From: Camelus ferus
Taxonomy: Eukaryota
NCBI RefSeq assembly: GCF_009834535.1
Contig: NC_045696.1
Location: forward strand, 56,112,001-56,176,000
DNA: 64,000 bases
Direction of reading: 5' to 3'
The notes beneath the pieces are model-generated. The model searched no databases, was not told the origin of the DNA, and was given only the letters and a program-made list of their open reading frames with translations. Below are positions 12,261-26,910 of this stretch, piece by piece. Made by a program: the position numbers and the translations under genes. The stretch's first letter is position 1. Every line of letters begins with the position of its first letter.

Positions 12261-15047
12261 TAAAATCATTATTGGTATATTCGTAAAAGAGCATATTTCA
12301 GATATATTAAATCCTTTTTGTGTGTTGCATGTACTTCACGAGTATATCTGGGAACTTTAGGTATACTTTTATTCCCTTATTTCCTTTATTATGCTCTCCC
12401 AAGCCTATTTTATTATTTCTATTCACCAGCTCTCCTCTTTTTATAAGTGAGAAACGTCTCATGACAGGTCAACTCATCTAAAAGACACAGTTGTGGCAGC
12501 CTGGGCTACGTGGTTTGTAACATGCAGCTAACTCAGGATGTTCCTATTCAAGCTGTTCCAAGTGGAAATGCCTCTACTATAAAACTATGTCTCAGACATT
12601 CATGTTATTAACTGACACATGAACAAGACCATTACTCACAGAGAATTAAAGGCATACCCTAAGCTTATACGTAAAACTGAAATGAGTGTACCCTAAATGA
12701 AATTAATATGTCACTAGTAAGGAAAAGGATTCAATTTTCGTTTTTCTCTTTATAATGCCTACTAGCATTTTGACTATTTTGTGTGTCATAATGAGGGAGA
12801 GGAAGGGGGAAAGGGGGAAAGGGAACATTCCTCAGCAAAGTATCATCAACTCTCTTGTCATATTATTCCAAGGAAAGGGTGGTGGCACAAAAACCATGGT
12901 GGTTTCAGTCATTCAAAAAGTAGAACTGAAATTCAGATGCCAGTGAGACAATCAATCCACCAACAAACCTGGAAGGCTTGTCGACAAGACTGTTTATACT
13001 TTATCTGCCAGTGGCAGAGAGGTCTTTGCTGCTGTGAGCTCAGGGCCAGAGCATATTTTAATGAAGAGGTTTGGTTGTTCAGGGTAGGAAACTGAAGGCC
13101 ATGGGGAACTGGGATATATTTTCAACTGTTAAGTTAGAAGACTTAATTTAGGAATAAAGAATAAGACAAGGCTCATGAATATGAACACTAAGGAACTGAG
13201 GAACAGTTGAAGAATACCTGGAAGAATGTCTGATACCACATTCATCAACTTAATCAAGAAGATTTTACATTACTTTTGGAGGAATGGGAAAAAACTGAAG
13301 TAAAATTTTTGACTTAATAGGAGAGAACATGTTTTGCATAAAAAGAAGCAATTTCCTATAAGTGATACTTAGCACTGCTCTGGTGAAAATAATGACTAAG
13401 CTGGTTTGACTTTAGGTATCTATATGTAAACTTATTTAAGTGAACTTGAAATCCTGACACAGGGTAGATACAATCTCATTAGTGTCAGTGAATGTGTCAA
13501 AGTGGAATATGTGGATGAAAGTCTATACTTCAAACACAAGCCAATAGAAAGAGACAGGTATAACACTGTTCCTAAAAAAGACACCCACTCACCTTCCTCA
13601 ACTACTAAGTTGGTAATACCTAAAAGTACATACATGTGCATATGCACTCTGCACCTCCCCGATCCCCACTCCGGGCTGGCTAGTGCTGAAGTAATGGAGA
13701 AATGAAAAAATTGCCAGTGGGCGTGTAAACTGGGACAAGGTTTCTGCAAGGCAATTTGACAATATGTATATAAAAGTTAAAAATTCCTTACACCTTTTGA
13801 CTTGGCAATTCTTCTAAAAACCATGGCACAACCCAAATGTCCAGGAATAAGGAATAAGTTGGAATTACGGTACAGGCTTAAAATACTAGTTGAATATTAT
13901 ACAGTCATATATTCCATCCCCTAAACAGCAAAAGTTCATTTAAAAAAAAAAAGCATACCTCTCTGTCCCTTTCTCTCTCTCTCTATATATATAGACATAA
14001 CTACTTAAGAATATAAAATAGTGTTATCTTTGATTTTCTTTGCAAATAAGAATATGGGAGATTTTTATTTCCTAAAATAACTACATATTACGTTTTTAGT
14101 AGAGAAAAATCCTTGGCTTTTTAAAAAGCTATATATATTTTTATGAAATTGCACATCCATTTGGTTTAAGATAAAGAGAAAATAGACAGGAAGGAGTTGG
14201 GAAGAGGAACACCTTGGGGGCATATACTGCAGATTCTATCACTAGACAAGGTATGAATGCAGCTCTCCCAATGCACACTGTAGAAGTGGGTGAGAGGCAA
14301 AGGATAATCACACTTGGGGAGGGGATGAAGGGATGGTAACTTATTTTAGAGAAGTATTTGATACACCAACTTAATTTAACTTTTTATCTTTCAAAAATCA
14401 ATGGAAACAAACAATGGGAGAAATTATTCTGGGTTTAATTCTGCCCAGCTAGAAAAAATTGGCTGATGACATAGGTGACAAGGATTCTGGGGTAAAAATA
14501 ACTGAAATAGTAAGAAAAAGGGATTACTAGCCCTGGCTAGATCTGAACCATGACTTGAGCAAAATGTATTTCAAAAAGTTCAGAGAACAAATAGGTATAG
14601 TTCTGTGGTAAGAGTCTTCAAAAGAGGCTAATAACTGACAAGAAGTAGAAAACAATAAAAAACGGGATTCTGACCAAGCAATTGAACAGAATCTTAACAC
14701 AAAGTAAAAGAAACAAAGAAACCAACTAAAAGGGTTTTCCTTGATGAGCTCATAATTTAAAAACATACAACTTTAAGAAGGGCATATATCCAAGGAAGAA
14801 TAGAAAATAAGAACAGGCCAGATTCTGCTTAAATGAGGTAACAGCAAAAGGTTTTCAAAGCAAGATTAAGAAAAGTTAAGCCCCCTGACCAGGTAAAAAG
14901 AGAGAAGACAGACCTTGTCCAACTCTTATCATGATTCCCTTTTCTGTTAGAAGGGTTTTCAACCTGGAAAGGATATAACAAAAATCCTAATAAACAAAAT
15001 GCAGCCCATGGAAGGTGAGGGCAATCTACACATTTTAAATGGCTTTA

Positions 15048-15162
15048 TTTTTTTGTTTTTAAATCTTTTTTTTTTTTTTTAAGACAGAGGTACTGGCGGT
15101 TGAACCCAGAATCTTGTACATGCTAAGCATGAGCTTTTACCACTGAGCTATACTCACCCCCC
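15048..15162 (-). mobile_element. tRNA-derived SINE (camelid Vic-1-like)
   Basis: Pol III A box (tagctcagtgg) and B box (ggttcaacc) on minus, poly-T on +, TSD ttaaatRgcttta at 15035-15047 and 15163-15175. Confidence 0.8.
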
Positions 15163-15989
15163 TTAAATAGCTTTAAATCCAGAATCTATAGTCCAATAAA
15201 TACATTCTAAAATGGATCACAAAAATTCAGAGTTTACAAATACTTAGGCAGTAGAAATTTCCCTAAGTCTCACACACACACACACACAAATATTTAATTT
15301 CTACCTTTGATACAGCTATTTTTTTGATGGGAAAAACCTGTGTTTTCTTGACAAGAGCAAAGCATTTTACAAAGTTTTTCATAACATTATTATATAAAAC
15401 GAGTACCGTAAGGTTGGTCTGTAGCTAAGCAAACAACAAGAAGGGTAACCAGTCATTCAGAGACCATCAAAAGAATAATCCCTACTAAGCCTTGCCTAGT
15501 CCCATTTAACTTATTTTATCAGTAACTCTGGTAAAGGCAAAAAAAAAAAAAAAAAAAAACCTCTAGTTGGTCCTGCCTTGTCCTGTTTGATATATTTTAT
15601 TAGTTGCTTGGATTTAGGCAAAAAAATTTGTGTTTATAAAATGTGCAGGTGATAGATAATTGTACCTAACATCCTGACACTTTAGAACATATTCCAAATT
15701 AGGATTTAAAATCCTCATTAGTATGGAGGGCATGTTAGCCATCGTTAAAGTTTAAAGGACTTTTGCATGTAAAAACTGGGTTGGCTCTATATAACCCCAG
15801 GGTAGGAACACTGAGTGGAACAGGTATGGGGGACAAATTTCTAACATAGTGATACAAAGATAGTAACTGGAATATTCAGTAACAAGTTCCAAGTTACATA
15901 AGCATGGGACACTAGTTCTCAGTGGACGATAAGAAAGGTGAAATGAAATCAAAGTAATAATTAATTCATTTGTGTTCTTCTTCTTCTTA

Positions 15990-16900
15990 TTTTTTAGATT
16001 CCTCATTAAAAGATGCCATATGGCATTTTTCTTTCTCTTTCTGGCCCACTTCACTCAGAATGACAATCTTCAGGTCCATCCATATTGCTGCAAATGGCAT
16101 TATTTTATTCTTTTTTATGGCTGAGTAGTGTTCCATTGTATATATGTACCACATCTTCTTTATCCAGTCATCTGTTGATGGACATTGGGTTGTTTCCATT
16201 TCTTGGCTATTGTAAATAGTGCTGCTATGAACAATGGGTGCATGTGTCTTTCTGAATTTTATTTTTCACTGGATATAAGCCCAGGAGTGGAATTGCTGGA
16301 TCACATGGTAAGTCTATTTTCAGTTTTTTAAGGAACCTCCATACTGTCCTCCATAGTGGCTGCACCAATCTACACTCCCACCAACAGTGTAGGAGGGTCC
16401 CCTTTTCTCCGCATCCACTCCAGCATCTATCATTTGTAGACTTTTCAATGATGGCCAGTCTGGCTGGTGTTAGATGGTATCTCATTGTAGTTTTGATCTG
16501 CATCTCTTTGACAATTAGCCATACTGAGTATTTTTTTATGTGCCTATTGGCCATTTGTGTCTTCATTGGAGAATTGCTTGTTTAGGTCTTCTGCCCATTT
16601 TTGGATTGCGTTGCTTTTTTCTTTGATATTAAGGTCTATGAGCTGTTTGTATATTTTAGAAATTAGTCCCCTGTCAGTCGCATCATTTACAAATATTTTC
16701 TCCCATTCTGTAGGTTGTCTTTTCATTTTGTTGACGGTATCCTTAGCTGTGCAAAAGCTTTTAAGTTTAATTAGATCTCATTTGTTTATTTTTGCTTTTA
16801 TTTCCAATACTCCAGGAGCTGGTCCAAAAATATATATTGGTGTAACGTATGTTCGTGAGTGTTTTGCCTGTTTTCCTCTAGGAGTTTTACAGTATCTGGT
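15990..16900 (-). mobile_element. LINE-1 fragment, ORF2 C-terminal region, frameshifted
   Basis: ORFs 16544-16726, 16225-16566 and 15987-16199 give L1 ORF2 peptides ([49 protein letters not shown]). Confidence 0.95.
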
Positions 16901-19464
16901 CTTACTAATTATTATTTTGATTCCCTGAATATGTGTAAGTACATTTGACTGTCCTTGATGATTAGATTATCGCATTCCGTTGATTCTTATTTTGTAGTTG
17001 GCTTCATTCCTTTGATAACACTGTAAGTTTAAAAAGCTAAAGATCTAATCTGTTCTTAGAAACAGTAATTAGCACATATATATAAACTTAAAAAAATGTG
17101 CAGTATACTGTATATACGTATTTACACGCAATATAATGTATATATGCAAACTATAATAATTCTACATTCTACCTAGTAAAACTGAAAAAGGAAAAAAAAA
17201 AGTGAAATGAAATCAGTGGTTTTCAAATTTGTTTTAATAGCAGAACCACTGCACTGAAAGAAACCTTATCCAAAAGACTAACATACAAAATAGAATACTG
17301 CTCTAGCTAAAATTCCCAATCACATGTCACACTTAACTCATTTGGCACTGGACCAGATGATCTCTAAAGGGGTTCCCATTTGATTAGTAAGACTATAATT
17401 TCTCAAGATTTATTAGTCTAGATGGTCCAGATGAATGGTCTTCCAAATGGAATGAATGAGAAGATCTGTTGTGGGTATGGAGAAAAACCAGATACAAATA
17501 TTGAAATAAGAAATTATACTTTAGGGACCAAGAGTAGTATGTGTACTTCTCTGGAGTTTCTCATGTCACTCTGAGCCATGCTCAATTATAATGCCCCCAG
17601 ATACTGAGGTATTTTAAAAACAATTTTTAAAAATGAGAAGTTTTTGAGAAAAACAAACAAAAAAAATCAACATCCATACCTACTAATTTAACGTAACTGT
17701 TTTAATTGTTGTGTATTTCTATCTAGTTCCTATCTATATGCAAACACAAGTTTTGGCACAAATGCCAACATGCTACACAAAATTTTTAGATTTTTCTCCA
17801 CATAAATTAAGATGAATATTTCCACAAATGTTAAGTTTCATAATAATTATTTTTTATGGTTACATAAAAATGGAGATTTTATAATGTATTGAAACACTTC
17901 CTACTATTGACCATTCAGATCTTATTGGCACTCCTTTTGTTATTATGTAATTATTCCTATTCATATCTCTGTACATGTAGCTTTCTCCCTTCTATTAGAT
18001 GTATCCTGAAGTTAAGATCTCTAACCTGGGATTAGTGACTATGAAAGTATGAACTGTTCTGATGGCTTTTGTTATACACAGTTAACAATTCCAACAGGTC
18101 TTTATCAATTCGCCTATGGTCACTGCCTGAACTGTGAATACAACACATGGAAAGAGCAGTTGAAACATTTGCAAAAATAGTTTTCTCAGTATTAATGTCA
18201 TCAAACTGACAGAAACACTATCTTCACCATTTTCAAGAAAAGTGAGAAAAAAATCTATTATTGTGGTATTTTACTGTACCAGTCAAAGTTCTTCTGGAGA
18301 GCCTAGAGAATAACAACTATCTATATACTCCCAAAATAATCTCACCTTTAGACCACAGAATAATAACCTTTAGGCCACAATCTGGATAAGAAAAGGTCTA
18401 TTTTCTTTGCTTTTCCAGAAGTAGCAATATAGATGATAAATTGAGATTTCTGCCTACAATGTATTTAAAATTCAGGTAGATCTAAATATCTGAATGCCAT
18501 TAATAGCTTTGGCTATCAACAGAAATTAACTAAAATCCAAAGCTTATTTCATGATCATGTAGTCAGCATGATCATAGTTGATGGCCACGTCATCATTCTA
18601 CTCTGTTCTGCTTTTACCCCATCTACTTCAGGATTTAGCTTTGCTCCTGGATCAATATAAATGTTGCAAAATTCCTTTCTTATTTAAGCCAGCTATAAAG
18701 TTCATGAAAGCTTCTGAGGCAGTCATCTAGGGGTCTCTGTATTCTGATCTTGCTCAAGACACAATGTGTGACAGACCCTGAACTTCAATGGTGCTGAGTA
18801 TCAGCGGAAATGGTATTTTAACAGATCAGAAGATAATTTCAGGGTTAGGCTCTCTTCTGAATTTGGACCTTAGTGATCCAAAACCATTTACAGAGGACTA
18901 GGAGGCACAGTCTCAGGGTAATGAACTAAGTATTCTGCTTCTTGTTGATATGATTGCCATAAACTAAAAGTGGCTCCAGCTCTAAAATACTATTTTGATG
19001 TATTACATTCCCCATTAAATCAACTAAGTAAGCCAGTTATTTGGTTAGAGGCACATACTGCAAATTAATTCACCCAAAGGCATTTGGGTTATATTATTGC
19101 GGTGCTGCAGCTAGCAGGGGTGATTAGAAATTTCTGATTTTGAAAATTTTGTATTTGAAAAACTTCCAGGTTCAGACCTTTAAGGTCTGAGGTTTGGTAG
19201 CCTGAGTTTGCTTCTTTGCACCTTGGAGCAGACTCAAAAATGCTTTGTGAGAAAAGCTCCACCCATGTCTGCACACGTTCGTTCCCTCACTGCCTGGGTG
19301 GAGAGATGCGGTGAAGAGAGTCATAGGTTCGTTCCTCTTTTTATAATACGACGGATGTCAACGCTGCCTTCCACATAGCTGGTTTTTAACACTTCTGTCC
19401 TTACTTGGTAAAAACAATAATAAAAATAGTGTAGCAGTTTTCCTTCACTGAAGGTCTGCGGTAT

Positions 19465-19580
19465 GACTGAAGTGCTAAGCACTTTGTACATATTATATCT
19501 TACTTCTCACAACTCTATGTAGTAGGTATTTACTATTCCTGTTTTACAGATGAAGAAACTGAAGCTAAGAAAGGTAACAA
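19465..19580 (-). mobile_element. MIR remnant
   Basis: gtgctaagcacttt...ttttacagatgaagaaactgaagct core. Confidence 0.6.
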
Positions 19581-21849
19581 AGAGCATGTATATTTTAAAG
19601 TTTTACTAAAGAATACAACTTACACTGCCAAATTCTTATTTTAAATATGCATATATATATTTACTTAAACACAGGCAGCTGTCAATTCCTTGACCTAAAG
19701 GGGTGTTTCCTGAAGCATGTTTGGTGACATTACTTGGCTCTCACAACTTTGGCCCCAAAGAAAACCATTTTCCTTTAACTATACTGTGGTGTTATGCCTT
19801 TGGCTTACACTGAAGGGCACTTAAAGTATCCATATGAAACTCACTATGACATTTATTACTGAAATGACGACGAGAACTTCATTTACTCTCTCCCAGTACC
19901 AAATCTAAGGCCCTAAGGGAGAAATACTTCCCAAACAGCAGGGCCAGAAACACTTTGCGTCTCCTAAGCCACCAGTGTGCTTTTTATCTAATAATGAACA
20001 ATAGGAAAATTTCAACAGATATCATTTCTTTATTTACTGTAGTCACTAGGAAGCTGAGAGCAGTATCTGAAATCCTCTTTGGTAACTATTAAGATACTCA
20101 AGGTATGCATTTCTGTAAGCTGATTGTAGCTCTGCCTTCAAGCATACCTCTATTAAATTCCTCACACCCTGATTCACTTCAACATTGAATTAAACTCTGA
20201 GGATCAAAGTCCAATGCCAAATCTCCATATATATATTGAAATCTGATTTCAATAGCTATTAGAATGTGTAGGTTACAATTAAATATTTTTTGATAACTGC
20301 TGTAACCTGTATGTATCAAAGCAACATAAAAATCAGGTTACACTAGGCTCCTACCAGGCAGACAATTTGCCCAAAACCTTATTTGCAATCATTAAACTAG
20401 TTTAGTATTTCACATTAAGAAAATCATTTAAAATTACCCAAAATTTATCAATCAAAATTCTCATTTTTATTCATAGTCTAAAATAATTCCTAGAAACTAG
20501 CTCAACAAATAACTCTTGTTAGTTCAGGGTTAGGGCCTATTTAATGGTTTGAACAATCAATGTAATCTAACTTGGACTAGTGACTTATTAAGTTTATTAA
20601 TAGTTCATTTAAGCAATTTTGTCTTCTAAATAAGGTTATAGTTAAAATAACAAAAAAAACCTATTTTTACACGTTAAAAAGTCAAAGCACATTTCAGTAC
20701 ATATTTGATTTGTACTTTATCACTCTGGAGAATATTGTCACTCACTTTATAGATTGAGAACACTATTAAAGTTCAAATGACTTTCTCAAGGTAGCTAATG
20801 CTGATGAAACTAGAACTAGAAAAGAGACCCTTCTTTCTTGACTTTTTCTGGAATGAAGATAGGACATGGATTAGAACGAAATGTTTTACATCTTTGTTAA
20901 CAATACCCTAAAGATGAAGATCGGACAGGAACAAATAACTTTGTGTCAAACGGGATAGATTTTGACCTGACTACTGAATGCTAAGAACTAGTAACGAAAG
21001 ATTTTATCTCCTGTAGCATAAATGCCCTTGGGCAAAAATGGGTCTGACCCAACTTAGTTCAATGTAATAGATGATGAAATGAAAACAGAATCAGCTCCTG
21101 ACATCTGCTTTTTGTGGGGGGAAAAAAGGGTTCCGAATTCTGAGCCCAACTGTACTAGCTATTATATGTCTAACTTCATTTTAAACAGCATCCAGCCGTC
21201 CTTCGGAGGACCTTCAATTCATTCAAGGGTTTGGTATTTTCAGAATATCTATAATGTAGTGATTCTTGCTAAATCAGGCCCCAACATTAGCTAGCTAAGG
21301 GACCACAGCGTACCTGAGCTCTAAACTGGGAGACTGTGTGGGCATTTTTTTTTTTTTTCAATAGATAAGGTTTAGTCATATTCTGATCTAAGTCGTAGTT
21401 AAATGTATTTGCATTGCAGTTTTAGCCCTTTCAAATGATCAAATTATATCAACCTATATTTCATACTTTTTGCAAAATTTGCCTATCAGTATATTAATAT
21501 AATTTACATTCAGAGTGATGGAACTAAAGTGAATTATCTTCAACATTACATTTGTACAGATTGCTTTCTGCTTATTAAGCATCTCATCTGATATATATTA
21601 ATCAAGAAATTAGATGGAAAGTATGACTTTTAACATAACAACTAAAGTGACATAACATTAGAATGAGATATTGTATACCTTTATTTATGGGGTCCTTCTG
21701 TGCTTTTCAGAAATAAAGCAACATATTATTCATAATCTTTTGGCTGTGCTGTGTTTCTGAAACTTGGAAGGTACTAAATGTTCACATTCATCAAATGTGA
21801 TGATAAAACAGAGGAAAAAAAGCAGAATATGTTTTATAGAAGAGACTTA

Positions 21850-22002
<153 letters not shown>

Positions 22003-22924
22003 TTAAACTATTTTATTGATAATACAAAACAGATGATAACAGCATTAAAACACCAGTTTAACAACAACAAAAAAAGACATGATAAATTTACAACTGAAAA
22101 ATCAATCAATGAGCTAGTAATTAACATATAGAGAAAGCCCAGAGAAATGTTGTGATACTTAACAAAGGTGCTATCTGCTAAAAGGCACTATCTTCAGAGA
22201 ACTGAAGATATCCTCAGGGAAGATACTCGCCAAAAGTTTAGGGGTAAGCATATTAATAAGATATATTTCCATTTTTCATTAACTTTAACATACTGGGTTT
22301 CCCTATACTACTCTGACAGTATTTGATTGTAGGGATTGAGGGTGATGGTGTCACAGAAAAGAGAATATAACTGTACTCTGTATGTCTGCATGCACAGACC
22401 AGCTTACTCAATGGCAGCTAAGATTTATCCAAACACTAGTGGAAATATCTGTTCAAAGTCTCATTACTTTTATTAAAAATAAGAATGTCTTTATTCAACC
22501 CTATTTTGCTTTTTAACTTAGTAAAATTGTTACTTTTTAAGTCTGAAATAGGCTTTTATTTGCACATGGAAATTTTCTGTCAACTGTATACAAACTAGTG
22601 TTCTTTGAAGAATCCAGTTCTGTTTATCAGCCTTGAGAAATAATTTTAAGATAATAGCAAAAATGGTGGTAAGCTTGTACATATAAACATCTGGTGTTAA
22701 CTTTAGTAATGTGACTGTTCTTCCAGTCTGCCTGGGATAAAACCCTGGTTTATTCTTTCGTTCTGGCATTTAACTAGTGAGTGCTCATTTTCACTCTAAC
22801 AAGTGTCACAATTTGAAGGAATCATTGTAAGACCACACCAGCTACAGGAAGACATATCCTCTGAGTTACAAGCAATTCAGTTATGGCACAGACTAAAAAA
22901 AGTTAGGCAATAGTGTTTTCTTTC

Positions 22925-23100
22925 AAGTAAAATTCACATATATAAAATTAACCATTTTAAAGTGTACAATTTTGTGGCATTTTAGTACATTCATAATGTT
23001 GTACAACCATCACCTCCTATCTAGTTTCAAAACATTTTCATCACCTCAAAGGGAAACATTTAGGCAATTACTCCCCTTTCATTCCTCCTTCCAGCCCCTA
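22925..23100 (-). mobile_element. Old L1M 3' end fragment
   Basis: aaaatttaaccattttaaagtgtacaatt...gttgtacaaccatcacc motif. Confidence 0.7.
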
Positions 23101-24205
23101 GCAAGGGATACAGTGTTTTAATGCAGTACTTTAAAAATATTTTCTGGTGCAATGCCTCTGGTAATGTTGATTTATTCAACTTGGTGCCTAAATATCTAAA
23201 TTTTGTACTAAATCAGATACTAAATGATAACCTGGTAAAAAGAAGTAATATGCTAATGTTTAGATTTATGAAAAATGAATTGGAGGAAAAGCTCTAAACT
23301 AAGAGAAGACTATTCATTCTCTTTTCCCCTTAAACGAGAAGACTTAGGTCAGTTCATCAAATAATAATCCTCCCTGGGAAAGACAATCGGAAAACCACTA
23401 CCCTAATGATCAGGTTCAAAGAGATGCTGTTTTTCCATAATCAGCTTTAGTAGCTGGTCTCACTGAGGAACAAAAAGACCTTACGCAGTTTTACTTCATG
23501 TCAGTACAATTTTAACCCACAATCTTATACCAAGGAAAACAAGAGAATCTCATAACTGTGAGGGCTGATGAGTTTATGGTTCTAAGAATAAAAATAGATG
23601 CAGGATGTGGGAGTTACTCTTCAGTAACCTAAAAGAAAGGCAGATTTACCATCCCAATTAAGATTAAAATCTAAAATAGAAAAGCCTCTTTAAAATCTAT
23701 CCATCTACCCACCCACACCTTCATCCATCTAATAATACTGAGCATGAAAGAGTGTGTTAGGTCTCTGGATAGACAGATAAAAAGACAGTTGTCTGCCTGG
23801 TTCAACAGAAATAGAAAATGGAAGGATAATTGTACAAACTAGCTGGCAAGAAAGGCATTCAACCGATTCAGGACAGAGGCATTTTTAAACTAAAAGATCT
23901 CTATGCCCATGTGCCCAGCATCTAAAAGAAAAATCTAAAAAAGGAAAAGATGAACAGAGGTTTTAATACAAGACATTTTGACAAAGCCATTATTAAGATA
24001 ATCTTTAAAATAAACTGAACATCAGAGGTCTGTAGTCACGCTACTTAAGGTCCATGCTGCCTATTTTCTCTCATTCATTTACTCTCTCTTACTAGATCAC
24101 CTACCCTTCTGTGTATCTGTAGTCCACTCAAGAGCCATGGTGGTTTTGTGTCTTATTCTGGATAATGGAGTATGTATGTATGTATACATGCATGCATGTG
24201 TACGT

Positions 24206-24207
<2 letters not shown>

Positions 24208-24241
<34 letters not shown>
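24208..24241. repeat. (AC)n microsatellite
   Basis: About 17 AC units read directly. Confidence 0.95.
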
Positions 24242-24243
<2 letters not shown>

Positions 24244-26788
24244 CTTGAAAAAAACAATACTCTTTTTCTCTAGGTAGTAGACAGTCATCTCGGACTTTGG
24301 TAGAGAAAGAGGGGTAACTAATGAAAGTCAAAGATGGGCAAGAAAAGAAGATGACCCCCTAAAAAAGAGAAGCTATGGGATCCTGGAGGCTTCATCGCAT
24401 CTAATGACATAGGGGTGAGGTAAATAAAATCCATGAAAACAATTAAAAAGACTAGGTTCTTAACCTAGAGTGGCCAGTGGACAGCCTCTGTGAGGACTTC
24501 TGTGAAATGCTTTGAGTCAAACACCCAAAAAGTTAAGGAATTCTAAACTGGACAACCACATATAGCTCTCCAACTTCTATATATCATTGCCCCTTTCCTC
24601 TTCTTAATTACAGACACTCCTTAAGGTCCATTGCTTTCCATCCATTAGCTCTTCCCTAATTTGTAGAGCTTGTTAACTGTTGTAGCTTTTGCCTGTGTGA
24701 ATGAGGAAGCCTCCATGTACTAAAGTCCTGTTCTTTACACTACATATCTGTCCCTTTTGTGGAAACAGATGATGGGCACTTCTATGGGGCTGTCACAGTT
24801 AGTTCAAAATGTTCATAATTGTTTTTTGCATACAACAATTACAACCTTCTCCCAATATTCCTCTCTATTCGTGGCACTGAATAGGAAGGAAATGGAGGCA
24901 ATGAGTATGAATATAAAATGCAGTGAAATAATGCAAAAAAAAAAAAAAAAAAGAATGGCATGTTGGAGGACAGCAAGAGCAAAGTAATAGAACTTTTCAG
25001 AATCAGGAAAGTATATGTATTCTTGAAGGCAGAGAATAAGGAGTGAAGAAGAGAAGAGATTGAAAATGAAAAGTTAATATTTATTTACTAAATACGTGTG
25101 TGAGGCTTCAGTAGGGGGATAATTAAGGAAACAAGGAAGCCAATAATACTGAAGCGGAGCTGGCTTTAGAGAAGAGGTGAGAGGATAAGAGATAGATTGT
25201 GTCACCCCAAAGACATGGTTCAAAACAAAATGGCAACAGGTTCCAGAAGGTTTTAGAAAACTTCATGCATGATAAGGATATATTCAACCAACTGCAGATG
25301 CCATAAAACTATTCATCAAAAAAAAAATCACATAGTAGTTTATTAGGAAACATTATGAATGTTTTGATGGTATATCAATCATTATGTACTCTGTCATCAA
25401 AACATAACCACAGCTTTAACAAAAGCAACGTAAATTTTAACATAGGTATCAATAAACCAACCAAGATAGATATCAACCAACCAAGAGGTTAATCAAACTT
25501 GCTTAACTAAATCTTGCTGCATTGTTTACACTACAAACTATAGAAGAGAAATTCCCATGAAAAGACTGCTGTAAGTAAAGGAATCTTAAAAACAAAAACC
25601 AAAACAAAAACAAAAACCCAACAAAACCTAAATCTAGTTGGCAAAACCTGAAGTTTCTCTTCTTCAAAATATAAAGTTTCCAAATTTATTGATAAGAAGG
25701 AGCAGGGTAAGAAACTTTCCTAGTTTTTTTTTTTTTTTTAATTTGCAGGAGTTGTGTGGGGGTAGGGGTGGAAAGAGGTATATATGTTTGTTCAAACTGT
25801 GTTGTGTGAAAGCTGAGGATAAATTTGAGAAAAACAATCAATGTATAAACCAGAGGGAAGAAATCAACCCTATATTGACTAGACCTACTCTTACAGTGAT
25901 AATAAAAGACTAGTCATCAGGTGGAAGGGAAATCTTTCTTTGCTAGCTTGGAAAGAGCTCAACCTGCAGACACCCAGAAAGAAGTCTCAAAAAGAGACAG
26001 ACTTTCTTTTTCTTCTACAAGTAGTGTGAGGTCTTCATGTGTGTATCAGATCTCTTAAATATAAATGAAAGTTGTCAGCAGTTACCTATATAGTTAAAAC
26101 TGCCATTTTCCCCCCTCTCTTCACAATATGGTCTAAATGACTTAACAACAGCGTGCCTGTTTCATTTGTGCACTTTTTTTTTTGAATAGTAATTCAAATG
26201 CTAGGATGGTGCACCTTAATCTTATACATATTGAATTCTAATGCTGCTTATTTGGATATATTTTTTAGATGACCAAGTAAACCCATCATAACTGCTTCTC
26301 CCCTAACAATTTCAAAATCTCTGACGAACCTCCTTATGTTGCCTACATACTCCATACTTATTCAGAAAAATAAACAAACACTTAACTAATCAAGAGATCG
26401 GACAAACAGTAAATAACTTACAAGGCTTGCTCCTGCTATCTGGTAACATTAACAGTCTTTCCTGTGTGAACTACATGATACCTGCACAAACCCATAACTA
26501 CTTTGCCTTGGAAATGTCCAAGAAGAGGTATCATAATTTATACTAGTCACCCAAAAATGTGTGAAATCATTTTTTGTACTACATCTATAGTAATGATATA
26601 TTTTAGAAGTTATTTAGCAAAATGGTAGTATTTTAGAAGTCCTAGGGATTAAAAAGAATAAGCTTCAGTAACCTGAAAATTTTACACTCAGAACTCCATT
26701 CTTGATGAAGTGTAATAAATGAACCATTACAATGAGTTCTTTCATCCAATTAAACAACCTTTTTGAGCATCCAAAAATAGTATGTACT

Positions 26789-26910
26789 AGGGAGGATACA
26801 GCTCAGCAGTAAAGTGCATGCTTAACCAAGCACGAGGTCCTGGGTTCAACCCCAAGTACCTCCATTAAAGATAAATAAATAAACCTAATTACATCCCCAT
26901 CATCCCCCAC
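26789..26910 (+). mobile_element. tRNA-derived SINE (camelid Vic-1-like)
   Basis: gggaggatacagctcag...gggttcaacccc...(taaa)n cctaattac; TSD aaaYagtatgtact at 26775-26788 and 26911-26924. Confidence 0.85.

Noticed and set aside
15475..15630. Diverged direct repeat around an A-run of about 21 nt
   Set aside because: Too degenerate to define; probably an old LINE remnant
15987..16928. ORFs with L1 ORF2 similarity as a functional gene
   Set aside because: Truncated and frameshifted across three frames
19255..19380. Small CpG cluster with gttcgttcc twice
   Set aside because: No exon, RNA gene or clear structure supportable by eye
26789..26870. tRNA-like A/B boxes as a tRNA gene
   Set aside because: Part of a SINE with tail and TSD, present in four diverged copies
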